DNA of 64,000 bases from Azolla caroliniana (Eukaryota > Plantae > Polypodiophyta). Positions within the stretch are counted from its first letter, which is position 1. Every line of letters begins with the position of its first letter. Shown here one piece after another: positions 12,502 through 27,300 of the stretch. Below the pieces are notes generated by a model. It worked only from the letters and a program-made list of their open reading frames with translations, searched no databases and was not told the DNA's origin. The DNA lies in contig JBHGNT010000015.1 in NCBI GenBank assembly GCA_043228905.1, positions 5,518,001 through 5,582,000 of the forward strand. Direction: 5' to 3'. The translations under genes were made by a program, and so were the position numbers.

Positions 12502-15500
12502 TGTAACACCACCGAAATTTCGCGATAAGGGTGGATCGCCGATTGGATTCGTACTCGCGTGTCTACGTTTTTTTGACTAAGGGAAAATATAATTATGGGG
12601 GAAAATATAATTATGGGAGAGAACTTGGATATGTTGAACTCCGCCCAACCACCCTCTGTCCAACTTATATACAAGATCCTCCTTTTCTCTCATAAGTTTT
12701 CCCATATAGTACATAAGTGCCTTACATCTGTCATAATGGTATTTAATAGAAGTCATTAGGAAGATTCCCTTCTTCTACATAGGTAGTTGACTTCATTTAA
12801 AGATTATTCAAATGCCTAGGGAGATTCCCTTTCCCCACTTAGGTACTTGAGTACTATGGTATTAAATGCACTAGATGTCACATTCCCCATGTGCACCTTA
12901 CCTTGGGAATGGTACTTGTACCATAAGCCCCATGCTCACAACTTGAGTTATGGGTGTCTTCTCCATCCATCGAGAAGACTTAGAAGGCCATGAATCTTAC
13001 CTCGAGACATGGGCGCCTTCTCTATCCGTCGAGAAAGGCCCTCACCTCAATCCGTCGAGGTGGGGTGTTGTGGTTCCAATCATGGAACCCCTCAACACAT
13101 CGGATGTGTTACAATTCCCCCCTTTGAAGAAGGCGTCCCCTCTTCATTTTAAAAGGGTGATGGGAGTTGTATGCATTAACCACATCTTCAAATTGCCACA
13201 AGGTTGCGCCTTGTTGCCACGAGTTCTCTTCCGTGGGTTTGCCTTTCCATTGGCAATAGTAGAGCCTATTAGGCCCATTTTGGTTTGGTCGATCCCGATG
13301 ACGAAGGATGGCCTCCAAGACGTAGTCGCTACCTTTGTCAATCACCAAAGCGGGACCCCTTCGAACCGCCATTTCCTCATGGTTTTCATCCATGTAGCTC
13401 CTCTTGAGCAAGGAAATGTGAAACACCGGATGCACACCCATGTGTTCCGGTAGCTTGACTTTGTAAGTCAAAGGAGATAATTTCTCGATGATGGGAAAGG
13501 GACCATCGTACCGTCGAGCAAGCTTTGGAGTGATACCCTTAGGAAGAATAAATTGTTCGTTATCCATCTTGACGAACACTAAGTCACCCACTTCATATTC
13601 TTCATGCCTACGTTTGAGGTCGGCATATTTCTTGTACCGAGCTTGAGCCTTCTCCATAGCCTCCTTAGCTTGGTTGAGGCGAGTGGACCACCTATTCATT
13701 GTGATGTTGGCACTTGGAACAATGCTAGATAAGGGTAACGCCATAAGGTCTCCGGGAGACAAAGGTTGGAACCCATAATTGAGTTCAAAGGGACTAAATC
13801 CCGTGGAATCTTGCTTATGGAGGTTGTAGGAGAACTCCGCTATGTCAAGGTATTGGGACCAATCCTTTTGATCCAAGCTAACATAATGGCGAAGGTAATC
13901 CTCCAATATTTGATTAGTCCTCTCCATTTGACCATCCGTCTGTGGGTGATAGGAACTACTAAACTTGAGGTTAGTACCCATCAAAGCAAAAAGTGTGGAC
14001 CAAAATTTACCGGTGAAGCGGCTATCACGATCGCTAATAATCTCTCTTGGGAGACCGTGGTATTTGAATACATTGGCAAAGAAAAGTTTTGCCACATACT
14101 CGGCATTCGCGGGGCTTTCATAGGCCACAAAGTGAGCATACTTCGTAAGTCGATCCACGACGACGAAGATACCCGTGTAGTTTTGGCTCTCCGGCAAGCT
14201 TATTATGAAGTCCATGCTAAGGGATTCCCATGGTTGATTCGGGATGCTTAAGGGTTGAAGCAATCCCGCGGGCTTGCATCTTTCGGCTTTGTCTTGTTGG
14301 CACACTTGGCATCCTCTCACATAGGCTTGAACTTCTTGGTCCATGTGTGGCCAAAAGTACCTATGAGTCAACATTTCCATGGTTTTATCCCCACCGGGGT
14401 GCCCGGCCCACAATGTGTCATGACACTCATACATTACTTCTTTCCTCACTACTTGAGGTACATAGAGTCTTTGTTGCTTGAAGTAGATCACCCCATCTTT
14501 GAGAGATAGGTGGGTCACCTTTTCACCATTAGCAAACGAACGAAGTCACTTTTGTGCATATTCATCACCATGATATGCACTCTTGAGGGTTGGCAACATA
14601 TTAGTATCAACCACCACATGCATGACCGCCAAATGGGCCCTTCGACTAAGAGCATCGGCTACCACATTTTGCTTTCCGGGCTTGTACTTGAGGTCGAAAT
14701 CATAACCGGCAAGGAAGTCTTGCCACCGAGCTTGCTTTGCGGTGAGTTTTGGTTGTGAAGCAAAGTACGTTGATGTGATGTTATCCGTGTGGACGGTGAA
14801 GTGCCTCCCCATCAAGTAATGCCTCCATGTACGAAGACAATGGACGATGGCCGCCATCTCCTTCTCATGGGTGGGGTATCGCGTCTCCCGATCCATGAGC
14901 TTCTTGCTCTCAAATGCCACCGGCCTTCCTTCTTGCATGAGCACTCCACCCATGGCATAATCGGATGCATCGGTATGAAGCTCAAAGGGCTTGTCAAAGT
15001 CGGGTAGCGCCAAGCATGGCGCCGTGCACAATGCCTCTTTTAAGGCATCAAAAGCACAAGCACACTTGTCACACCAAAACCACTTTTTCCCACTTTTAGT
15101 AAGGTTAGAAAGAGGAGTAGAGAGTTGAGCAAAACCATCAATAAACACACGATAGAAGGAAGTCAAACCAAGGAAAGAACGGACATCCGTTACCGAACGT
15201 GGAGTAGGCCATTCCTTGATTGCACGAAGCTTTTCCTCTTCGGGTTGTAGCTCACCACGAGCTATTTTGAAGCCGAGGAAGTACACTACTTCCACACCAA
15301 AGTCGCATTTGGATTTCTTCACATAGAGATGGTTCTCCCTTAATCTTTGGAGAGCCATCTCAACATCCTTCAAGTGTTGGTCCCAAGTAGGGCTAAAGAC
15401 AAGCAAGTCGTCGAGGTAGACCACAATGCATTTGTCAAGCTCCGGCCCAAACACTTGATTCATGAGTGTACTAAAGGTTGCTACGGCATTGGTTAAGCCC

Positions 15501-18417
15501 ATCGACATTACGAGCCACTCATATGAGCCATATCGTGTTCGCATGGCGGTTTTCTCCACATCACCTTCGGCGATCCTCACTTGATAGTATCCCGAACGAA
15601 GATCCATCTTGGTGAAGTATCGCGCCTTCCCTAGTTGGTCGAACACCTCTCGAAGGTTGGGGAGAGGGTAGCGATTCTTGATGGTGAGCTTGTTCAATGC
15701 TCGATAATCGACGCACATTCTCAAGCTTCCATCCTTCTTCTTGACGAAGAGCACCGGGGCACCATAAGGAGATCTAGAAGGGCGTATGAATCCCGCCTCT
15801 AATAGCTCGTTAAGTTGATGCTTTAATTCCGCATTCTCGGCAACGCTTAAGCGATAAGGACTCTTCACAGGAGGAGTGCATCCCGGCACCACCTCGATGC
15901 GATGATCAACCTCTCTTTTTGGAGGCAACTCCTTTGGTAAAGCGTTGGGCATGACGTCTTGGAACCTATCTAACAAAACCATCATGTTAGGATGAATGCC
16001 CTTTATGGGCATGGCATGACCGAGATCATTAGTATCCTTAAATATAGCGGCTACCATAAGGCAACCCTTTCGGGCTACCTTCTTGAGTTGCATGGAGGAG
16101 AGAATTTTTGGGAGGGGGTTAGGGCGAGAAGAGGAAGCTTTTACAACATGAAGTTTATCTTGCAAAAATAGAACTGGCTCACCAAAAGGGTAGGGTAGTG
16201 CGCGCGCCAATCTCGCCCAAGATTGACCTAAAACCACATCAAAATCGTCCATCTCGACGATGCTAAATTCAACGCGAACGGTCACCTCTCCAATAGTAAC
16301 CACAACATTAGGAGCAATCCGCCCCACTTGCTCCTCCTTTCCGTTGACGGTCTTCCAAGTGCCCTTGGAATTCACCTCCATACGTAGCCCACACGCTTTG
16401 GCGAGGGTCGGCGTCATGAATTCGTGAGATGCACCCGTATCCACCATCGCTTGACACAAACGACCATTGATTAGAGCACTAACATAAAGTAATGAATGCT
16501 CACTCTTTACCTCACGAACCGCACACAAACGCTTGATGTGCCCCATGGTTCGATCGTTCGCGTCATCATCCGAAGCCTTAACAAGTGAGTGGAGTTGGCC
16601 TTTGAGAGGGCAATCTCTCGCGAAATGGTCACCTTGGCAAATGAAACATTCAAGCTTCCTTTTCACGACAACATCCTTAGGCTTGAAGGAATTCACATTC
16701 GTGGTCTTCGCGGAAGGAAACTTCTTTGCAACATTTTGGCCATTGATGGGGGGTCGAGATCCACCTCCTTGAGAATTATAAGCCACCTTCTTGAAGGGAC
16801 GAGTATTGTGTGCCTTCAAATTTGGAGGACCCCTCTTTTCTTTTTCTTTGCCATCGGAAGAGCCACCTTGAGAATGCCAATCGGTGAGGCGATCCGCCGC
16901 TTCATAAGCGGCCGCAAGAGTCATTACATTTTGTCGGCGTAGCTCGTTTTGGGCCCACTCTTTCAATCGGTTGGTAAACGCAAAGAAACGATCTTCTTCT
17001 CCCATGGAGCGGATTTGTAACATAAGAGCCCGAAAGGATTTAATATAATCCTTGATATGGCCTGTGTGACGAAGTAGATCGAGTTGTTGGCGAGCCTTCC
17101 ACTCGGAATTAGAAGGAAGAAATTGTTTATTGAGAGCTTCCTTCAATTCTTCCCACGTATTCACGGGCATGGGCCCCTTTTGTCGAATGCTATCATCCAC
17201 GAAGTTGCACCACCATAGTTTAGCATCCCCGGCCAAGAAGGTTGAGCAATGGAAGACTCGGTCCGCCTCATTGAGGATACGGGCGGCTAGGAAGAATTGC
17301 TCGCAATCCCAAATGAAATTCTCCAAAATTTGGGCATCTCGAGCTCCATTGTAGCTTTCGGGTTCACGAGGCTTCACACGTGGAGATTCGTTGACGCATC
17401 GAGCCGCTTCTTCTCGCGTGTCATTCTTGGCACGAGACTCTTTAGCAAGTAGACGCACCAATTTCGAATTCGTGTCGGCGAGGCGAGCGCTAAGGTCCCC
17501 GACCATAGTGATAAGATTGCCGGCTTCACTTTCAAGTAAGGCAACTCTTGTCTCGAGTTCCTTAACACGTAGACGGAGGTTTCGGGGAGGATTTATAGGA
17601 ACCTCCTCCGAAGCCGACGACACATTCGCCGGGTTGGAAGTAACGGAGGCATTAGGAGCCACTTCCATGGTTGGTGCATCCATATTTTCATGTACACCCA
17701 TTCTAGAATTAGTACGTCAAGAAAGCTATTTGAAAGGATACTACCTTAAGATTCACGATTCCCACAAGCCGCAAGCGTAGTTTTAGCGAGTTCGCTCTGA
17801 TACCATGTAACACCACCGAAATTTCGCGATAAGGGTGGATCGCCGATTGGATTCGTACTCGCGTGTCTACGTTTTTTTGACTAAGGGAAAATATAATTAT
17901 GGGGGAAAATATAATTATGGGAGAGAACTTGGATATGTTGAACTCCACCCAACCACCCTCTGTCCAACTTATATACAAGATCCTCCTTTTCTCTCATAAG
18001 TTTTCCCATATAGTACATAAGTGCCTTACATCCGTCATAATGGTATTTAATAGAAGTCATTAGGAAGATTCCCTTCTTCTACATAGGTAGTTGACTTCAT
18101 TTAAAGATTATTCAAATGCCTAGGGAGATTCCCTTTCCCCACTTAGGTACTTGAGTACTATGGTATTAAATGCACTAGATGTCACATTCCCCATGTGCAC
18201 CTTACCTTGGGAATGGTACTTGTACCATAAGCCCCATGCTCACACCTTGAGTCATGGGTGTCTTCTCCATCCATCGAGAAGACTTAGAAGGCCATGACTC
18301 TTACCTCGAGACATGGGCGCCTTCTCTATCCGTCGAGAAAGGCCCTCACCTCAATCCGTCGAGGTGGGGTGTTGTGGTTCCAATCATGGAACCCCTCAAC
18401 ACATCGGATGTGTTACC
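12502..18417 (-). mobile_element. Near-intact Ty3/Gypsy chromovirus, Galadriel-like
   Basis: 612-bp LTRs at 12502-13113 and 17806-18417 (about 6 differences). Met PBS at 17794-17805. PPT at 13114-13125. Single gag-pol frame ending in a chromodomain. TSD not resolved. Confidence 0.93.
13109..17701 (-). pseudogene. Gag-pol polyprotein (gag, CCHC, protease, RT, RNase H, integrase, chromodomain) with one in-frame TGA at 14546-14548
   Basis: ORFs 14546-17701 and 13109-14518 are in the same frame. Motifs CFICQGDHFARDC, AMVDTGAS, VYLDDLL, TDASD, HPQTDGQMER, GPF and chromodomain LEAILRHR...YYCQWKGKPTEENSW. Confidence 0.93.
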
Positions 18418-18999
18418 AATTGAGCTAAACCTTTTTGTTGTATTTAACTCCAACTCATAATATGTCTTTCTTACCACACCCTCAATCTATCATTCAACCT
18501 TTTTAATATTCTTAGTTTAACTTAATTCCTCCTATGCTTTTCCCAAATCATGACAACGTGCATTTACTTTTTAGAGAAGAGTTAGACTATATTACCAGGC
18601 TTACAAGGTAGAAATATAACATCAATGCTTATTTTAAATGAAAGACAATTGTGTTGTTAAATTTGTAAGTGTAACTATACAAAAAGAGGTGGAAAGCACA
18701 AATAGAATTGGTATCCACAATCATGGTAGTTATAAATGAAATATTATTTGCCATGATCTCATATGACTTGCAATCAGCCCTTTATTTGAAGAAAAGCTGT
18801 AATTATAATTAAATTGGAAGACCTAAAAATCTTAAACCCATTCCCTGAGAAACATAACAAGGACATCTATTATTAGATGTGAACAATACATAGAAAATGT
18901 GAAAGAGTGTAGATGGAACACAAGTGTACACCATATCAAGAAAATGTGACAATAGAATTTAGCTTGTGAAGCATATGTATTTTAGTGTTGTTACATATG

Positions 19000-19002
<3 letters not shown>

Positions 19003-19075
<73 letters not shown>
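19003..19075. repeat. (AC)n microsatellite
   Basis: Directly visible. Confidence 0.95.
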
Positions 19076-19076
<1 letters not shown>

Positions 19077-19849
19077 TTAATCATATTTTCCATGTACAAG
19101 TGTCTACTTACACTCATCCACCTTGTGATTACACATAGACCCACACAAATATATACATGTATGCACACACATATTTTCCATGTAAGTGTCCTTTACTTGT
19201 CATCCGCCTTGTGATTATGCAAACACCCCACACAAATATGTATGTATGTATGTATGCATGTATGCTTATGCATGGCTCTTCCAATGTCTAGATTGACCTA
19301 CCAAATATAATATTGCTTTCAACCTAATTAATTTGTTATTTCATGTATGTTCAAACATTTGTTCATGAGATGCACACCCATATCGTTATAGTCATTGAGA
19401 ATTTTGTCACATTGTCTTCTAAATTGTGTGCCCAAAGAAATGGCGAGCCCACTCATTCAAACATCTTTTTGTCACTTTTTCTCTTGCTTTCTTGATTAAG
19501 CATATATATATTGACATCGATTCTTTTTTTATCTAAAGAAAAACAATAAAAAAATGTCATGGCAAGCTCCAAATTTAGAGATTTAAAAAGCTATAGATAA
19601 CTCTCTTTACGAGATTTCTAACTCATATTTAAACATGATATTTGGGTGAACGATGAAAGAGTTATGAACATTCCTTTTTGACTGTTTTTAGGTGGCCCAC
19701 TTTTTCTCCTTTTACTTTTCTCTGTGTCTCTTACTTTTACTTTAGACTTCTTCTTAAGTTCTTGGTTCGTGTTCTTAGCCTCCAAATGTGAATGCTCCAT
19801 ACCTTATATTCTTCTGATGTTCAATAGCTTGGATTCTAAAAACACTTTC

Positions 19850-20746
19850 ACAGTATGCATGAGGCCGGACATTGCTCATGCAGTTGGAGTAGTAAGCCGT
19901 TTTCTCTCGAATCTTGGCAAAGATCATTGGGAAGCAGTGGAATGGATTCTGCGATATCTAAAGGGTACCTCAAGAGTCTGTCTAAAATTTTGCGAGAACC
20001 AAACTATATTAGATGGATAAACAGATGCAGATATAGTTGGTGATATTGACTCTAGAAAATCTACATCAAGGTATCTAATGATCTTTGCAGGGGGAGTTAT
20101 CTCTTGGCAATCAAGACTGCAAAAATGTGTGGCATTATCCACAATGGAGGCCAACTATATCGTTGCCACATAAGCTTGTAAGGAATTGCTATGGTTCAAG
20201 AGATTTCTTCATGATTTTGGGTTGATGCAAGAAAGGTATAATCTATATTGTGATAGTCAAAATGCTACTCACTTATGTAAGAACTCTTCCTTTCATTCTA
20301 AGTCTAAACATATTGATGTAAGATACCATTGGATTCGAGATGTACTTGAAGAAAAGCAAATGCACATTGAGAAGATACATAACAATCATAATGGCTCTGA
20401 CATGATGATAAAATGTTCGTCAAGAGAGAAGCTTGAAGTTTGCAAACAAAAGGCAAACCTAATTGTGCCCCCCACTTGAGATGGAGGGGGAGAACCGTGG
20501 GTTTTTTCCAGTCAAGTGGAACCCACAACTCAGAGATGGCTCAAGGCCGAAAGCCGGCTGAGGATTGAGAGTTGAATACCAACTGAGAGCTGGTTGAAAG
20601 CCAAAAGCCGACTGAGAGTCGGCAGAATGCCTACATCCGGCTGGGAGCCAACTAAGTGCTGAATCGGAGCCGACTAATGGCTGAGAGCTGATTAAGAATC
20701 GGCTCAGGACCAAAAAAGTAATAGTTATACTTATATATATTTAATA

Positions 20747-20777
<31 letters not shown>

Positions 20778-21345
20778 AGATACAGATATAGACGTTGCAC
20801 AATAAGGCAACTATAAGAGAACAACACACAGAGACAGAGAGTACGAGAGACCAAGTGAGAGCATACACAGAGAGTGTATGTAATAGAAAAGGGCGAAAGA
20901 AAAACAACAAATGAAGAGAGCATGAGAACAAGAGAGAGAGCATGCTGAAGAAGGGAAGTCTGAGATATATAGGGGGTTGGTCATGCCATCAAGAATCCAA
21001 GACTGTACAACACCTCTCCTATCTATTTTTATCAGGCTCCCTTATCCTGTGTTTTTTTGTTTTCTCTATTCTGTTGTTTTCTTTCCACTCAGTCTGGTGA
21101 AGATTGTAATGAAGGTTGTTGACTTGAGGCATATACATTCCTCTAGTGAAACCTAGAGAGGTTGTACTCGATTGTACTTAGAACATAGTGAAATTGTTTT
21201 ATAACCCTGAAGGGTTCCGTGATTTTTCCCAATTTGGGTTTTCCATGTTAATATCTGGTGTACTTTGATTTTTGTTTCCATTGCGCCTGTTATATACTGT
21301 GTTGGTAGTCTAAGGTAATCCCGATTCAGTCCAATATTCCTAACA
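19850..21345 (+). mobile_element. 5'-truncated Copia fragment: RT end/RNase H (19850-20479) plus 3' LTR (about 20496-21345)
   Basis: VCMRPDIAHAVGVVSRF, ISWQSRLQK and CDSQNA...KSKHIDVRYHWIRD motifs. PPT GGAGGGGGAGA at about 20483. LTR ends TTCCTAACA. Confidence 0.85.
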
Positions 21346-24300
21346 TTTGTTTCATTTAGTAAATTGATCATTTTAAGTCACTTGATAGATGAAACTTGTA
21401 TACAAAAATGAAGCTCCAACAATGCACGTTGAGAGTTCTACATAAGAAACAGTGGAAGTTTGTGTAACACATCCACTAAATATTAAAGCAACTATTGTTT
21501 ATAATCAGGAATCCTATAGCTTAGGGAGGTGTGATTATTAAATACCCGATGAGAAGATCACAATAACCTTGACTATTGAATAAATTCTATTGCTTCCAAT
21601 AATAAGTCTAACAACAAGATGTGAGAGAGATCACCTTGCCTTCATCTTGGTTCCTTTCAAATTATGTGAATCATCTATGAATAACTTTTATGAAGAAACC
21701 TTAAATTTTGAATGAGCATAGATTTGATTCTAATATTGGTCATACTTTCATAGTCGGTAGATAGATATTTTTCTAATTCCCACAAGATATCAATTGCAAT
21801 ATTTGGGATGGGGTTCAACGTATGGCAAGGATCGAACTTGGAATCAACTTATTATTTCTCCAAATGATGATGATCATCAAAATATAGATAAGCAATATAG
21901 TTGATGATGCAAAGAAGAAGATCTAATCTTACTACTAATGCAAATTGTACTCACTCTACAACCTATCTCTTGTTTGAGATTATATTTAAATATGTGAAAC
22001 TTTTCTACACCCGAGCACTTGATAGAAGAGTAACATAGGAAAAATCATTTACATGACTTTGCTTTCATTGATCTATGCTTAGAAATTGACAAGTTATTAA
22101 AGATACACAGATTAGGCTCTTAAAGCACAATTAGGAAGGAGATTAAGGAAAGAGGTTTAAGCTTTAGCTCTAGGGAAATCTTTTTATGCTAACCCCAAAC
22201 ATAAATATTATGTTACCCGTGAATGTAAAAATTTATTTGGCTGACTTTATCTTTAGAGATTGTATATTATATTTATGTTTACCTTTTGTATATATTGATA
22301 AGTTTATTGTAGCTTTTGTATGTTTGCACATCGAACTTAGGGTTTGGGTCTTGTATGCTAGATTTATATCTATGTTATCTTTCAAGGATTTATGTTTGGG
22401 TTTTGGATTATGTTTACGTTTTAGTTATGCATCAAGCTTATATGTATGGATATAAGATGCATGTAGTATTTTATTAGGGTTATGTTTAGATTATAATATG
22501 TATGTTATGTTTTAGGGTTTTATGTCTACATTTATGTTTGGGTTGAATTATATTTAAATTTTGGGTATGCATGTTGTATTTTCAAACTTGTTTGTTTGCA
22601 TGTAGCTTGCATTTAGTTCCCCCCCCCCCAAAAAAAACTACTTCCATTAGTTATAAAATTTTACATATGAGATTAATATATACAAATCCCTAGAGGGACG
22701 CGATAGGTCCACCTTATGTGGATGGCCATCGACTCAATAAAGGGGGAGGTCGACCATCGCTGGATGAAGGCTAGTCATTGTTTTTCAACTCCATCAGAGT
22801 CGCCCTTGAGGTCATCATGTTGGCTTTTTAGAGTGGCTACAACTTCACTCCATATCTCTTGCATTAACACTGTTGGCTACGCGGTTTGGTTGGAGAAGAC
22901 CCATCTACACCGTTGTTTCCATAGAGTCCAAAGAGTTATTGGGCTGACCAATTCCAACACAACTTGAGATTTGACATTGATAGGAGTTGAGTGGACATTG
23001 TCGATGGTGGAGAAAAAAACCTCTTGTGCTTTTATCACCAAAGCCATCCCCTCTTGATGCTCATATCTGTCAATTGGGGCTTGCCATGATAGCCAACATA
23101 TATTTCCCCACATGATTAAGTCTTGCACCTGGCATAATTGCAATAAGTGGCCAACCCCTTGCAATATTCGATGGGCCTCTGGGCAGTCCCACAAAGCGTG
23201 TCACATTGATTTTATTGCATTGGGGCACACTACTCAATTAGGAGAGCTAAGGTTCCCACGCTGCCATGCACCAACTGGTAGTGACCTATGTATTAACAGT
23301 CATTGGAAAGTGGTGATTCACTATGCATGTTGTTGTTTCTAGATTTTTTTCCAAAACTTGGTGATAATTAAGTCAGGAACTTGATATGTGTGCCAGACCT
23401 CAAGTAGCCGGCTCTCGGGCGGTTTGAGCAGCTAGAATATGGCGACCCAATCTAGTTGTGAATTGAAAGAAAGGGATGGGTTTGCTTCCTTGCCCCACAT
23501 AAGGATCATGCCATGTCCATTGCAAAGGGTCCCAACTTACCTTACGTAGCCATGTGTTTTCGTGAGTACATATGTGCCAATCTGGTTGTACTTTGACAGG
23601 ATCAGGATCTACAATCCATTTATGCCCAGTGTACGTTAGTACTCGAATTGTTGTCACGGACAAGTAGACGAGCCTCAATACTAAGAGAGTGAGAGAGAGA
23701 TCATAGAAAAGATAATAAGGAAGAAAGAGATAAACAAGAACCATGTTTATGGGATCTAAATGTAGCTCCATGCAAAGACTCATTTTCATGCACAAGCTTC
23801 TAGAATGTTCTAACTTCTGGAGCTTTTTGGAATCTTCTAAAATCCTACATGTAGAATAGATAATCTACAATAATCTAGTACAGTAACACGATTATGTATT
23901 GGACGTATTGGTTAAAACATATCGATTAAATACAATAGGTCAAGAGTTCGAATCATGACATGACTGTTGTCATGTTCATGACATTATCCCCTTGCTAAGG
24001 CCGCCTCCGAAGATGCCTCCCCGGTTTTTGTGGATATTGGTGATGAAATGCATGAACAACATCCGATGCATTCTCCAAGTGTTGGGCTGGTTCCCAAGTT
24101 GCCTCTGAAATGGGATACCCTTTCCATAGGACTAAGTATTGAAGTTGTCGTCGACGTCAACAAGAGTCCAGAATCTTGTACACCTCATACTCCTTACCTG
24201 TGGAAAGCTCAATTGGTGGTGGAGGTGGAGAGTGTCTTCCAGGAATAGTGGATGGATGATAAGGTTCGAGAAGAGAGGCATGGAAGACATTATGAATCCG

Positions 24301-27300
24301 GAAATGTGGAGGAAGTTCCAGCCGAAAAGTGACGGGATTGACACACTCAATGATGCCGAAAGGCCCCAACTTCTTGTAATCCAACTTTCCGCAAGGTCGA
24401 GTAGTATCGACATGGCGACATAAGAGCCAAACTTGATCACCAACTGCAAAGGCGGGTGTAACAGAACAATGTCGATCAGCTTGCGCTTTATACTGGTCCC
24501 TTGTAAGGATGAGTTCGAGGAAGAGGTCTTGATGAATGTCGGCTAAAATACGAGCACATCCTTCTACTAACGGGTTGACAGAGTTGCCAGGGATGGAAAT
24601 ACTGAAGCGAGGATGGAAACCATAGTTGGCGAAAAATTGGGTGACCCCAGTTGAACCATGTAGCGTATTATTATATGTGAACTCTGCCAAGGGTAGGAGG
24701 TCAACCCAATCATCTTGTTGGTAGCTCAACGAGCATCGAAGGTATTGCTCAAGAATTTGGTTCACCCGCTCCGTTTGGCCATCAGTTTGAGAATGATAGG
24801 ACGAAGACAAATTCACTGTTGTGCCCAATGTTTGAAGGGTCCGTCGACAAAAACAAGAGACAAATTAGGGTTCACGATCTGAGGTGACATCATCTGGGTA
24901 CCCATGAAGTTGCACCACATTCTTTAAAAATAGATCGGTTGTTGCTTCTGCTGAAATAGTCTTTGCAGAAGGGGCAAAATGAGCCATCTTTGTAAACCGA
25001 TCTACCATGACGAGCACTGTGTCATATCCGTGGACAAGAGGTAAGACAGTGATGAAATCCATGGAAATTGATGCCCAAGGCCGGTTGGGAATGGGAAGTG
25101 GTTGGAGCAACCCATATGGCCTATGGTTGACGACTTTGGATCTAACACAAGTATCACATGTCTTGATGAATTCCTTGACGAACTTCCATGGCTGAGGCCA
25201 CCAATATCCTCGTGAGATTAATTCGAGTGTCTTTGTAACGCCAAAATGACCAGCCAAGGGGTCATCATGACACTTTCGGAGAACTTGAGTTCAACATCGG
25301 CCCTCGGGAATATATAAGAGTTGGTCTCGGTAAATAGAAATTTGCGAAACCAAGGAACGATTGGACATCCTTTACTCGTTTTGGAGCGGTCCATTCTTGA
25401 ATTGTCTTGATTTTCCTTGGATCCATGGTGATGCCGTGGGGGTAAATAACATAATCAAGAAATTCTATGGAATTGCAATCAAACTCACATTTTTCTCTCG
25501 TGGCATAAAGGCCATGCTCCCTGAGTTTCGAGAGAATCAATCGAACGTGGTGAGTATGCTCTTTAATGCTCGACGAGAAGACAAGAATGTCATCAAGGTA
25601 GATAACGGCAAAGTGATCGAGATATTCTTGAAATATGTCGTTCATCATATGTTGAAAAACAGCTGGAGCATTGGTGAGTCCAAAAGGCATTACCTTGTAC
25701 TAGAAGTGTCCGTATCGCATATGAAATGTCTTCTTCCATTCATCACCAGGTTTAATCCGAACCAAGTTGTATGCTCCATGCAAGTCAATCTTGGAGAAGA
25801 CCTGTGCACAATGAAGGCGATCGAGGAGCTCTAGAATGAGAGGTAAAGGGTATCGATTACGTACCATGATTTTATTGAGGCCACGGTAATCCACACATAG
25901 ACGCAACGATCCATCCTTCTTCTTCACAAACAAGATGGGGGCCCTAGTTAGTGACTTAGACGGTTGGATGAAGCCCTTCTCCAAATTTTCATCGAGATAT
26001 GTGCGAAGAGCCTCTAGTTTTGGTTCAGAGAGACCATAAATGGGCCCAAAGGGTGGAGATGTGCCCTCCTGTAGATCGATCGGACAATCATATGGTCAAT
26101 GCTCTGGTAAGTGATTTGCATTCTTCTTCTCGAACACATCAGCAAAGTTACCATATTTGGATGGAAGCGAGTCCAGATTGGCTTTCATAGGAACCAAAGC
26201 TGGGGTACTCAACTCTGTGTCATTGCCCATTGCGATGGAGTGCATTATGACTGGGGCATGAGCATCTGAGTGCATTGGTCCAAGTTGAATGGTGGAGCGC
26301 TCGACAGAAAATGATTCGGGCCATTATGACACAACGACATTGGAAGTCGCTCCAACCTCCATGTGAGTTTGCGGTTGAAAAGTAAGTGAGTGGTTGTGCC
26401 AATCTATAACATGGTGATTCGCTTTCAACCAATACAACCCAAGTATGATTGGATGCCGCGGTGAAGTGATGAGGTAAAATGATAAGGCCTCCTGATGGGT
26501 CTCGAGCTGCAAAATGAGGGGGACCGTGGCTTTGGTGACTGAGCCAGAAGAGAGCATTTTCCCATGATAGCTTCGACTGGGATAGGCTTGGACAACCGGA
26601 CAACAGGAAAGTTGTGTTTACGAACGAATGTTTCGTCCATAAAACATGTTGTGGCCCCGGAATCGAGTAGCGCTAAGGATTGAATTGAAATAGACTGGAA
26701 ATAGAGAGTTACCTCAAAGGAAAAGTTGTTAGTAGAATTTTGGGAGCAACATGTATGTCTGTTGTCCAACTGCATGGTTCCTACTGTAGTTGGACATCGT
26801 TGTTTTCCGAATGTTGGGATCTATTAGTTGGATCGTCCCAATAGACTTGTCGCAGATTGTTTTTGAGTGGGCAAAAACGAATTAGATGGGTAGAGGTGCT
26901 GCAGTATAGACATAGCCCATTGGTTCATCGATGGTGTTGTTCGGCTGTGGTGACTGGGGTTTGAGCTCGATCAATTTCCATCGGCATAGGATCCTTGAAC
27001 GATGTTGCTGGAGAAGATCTAGCAGTCACTTGGGGTTGTACCATAGGTTTAATGTGGAGAAAGGGCGACAACTTGGAAGTCGCCCGTTCCTCTTGTCGAA
27101 GTTCAATAAGGCAGTTGTCACAACTGACTGCTTGCTTGATGGCTTACGATAATGAAGTCGGCTCCGGGAAGTTTAGTAGTAGATTCTTAACATCACTTCA
27201 AAAGCCCCGACGAAAATGGTTGCAAAGGGCTTGGTCGTCCCACTGAACATCACATGCCAATTGTCTAAATTCAGATGCATAAATAGACACCAGGCACTTA

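Noticed and set aside
12432-13453. ORFs 12432-12674 and 12950-13453, echoed at 17709-18460
   Set aside because: Chance frames in the Galadriel LTRs or antisense to integrase.
18959-19214. ORFs with CV/TH runs (also 9661-10082, 20731-20943, 32939-33169)
   Set aside because: Translations of microsatellites.
21400-22160. Possible decayed transposase or coding remnant
   Set aside because: Hand translation of part of it gave stops and no recognisable motif.
22170-22570. Scattered TTAGGG(T) telomere-like words
   Set aside because: Isolated copies in low-complexity DNA, not a tandem array.
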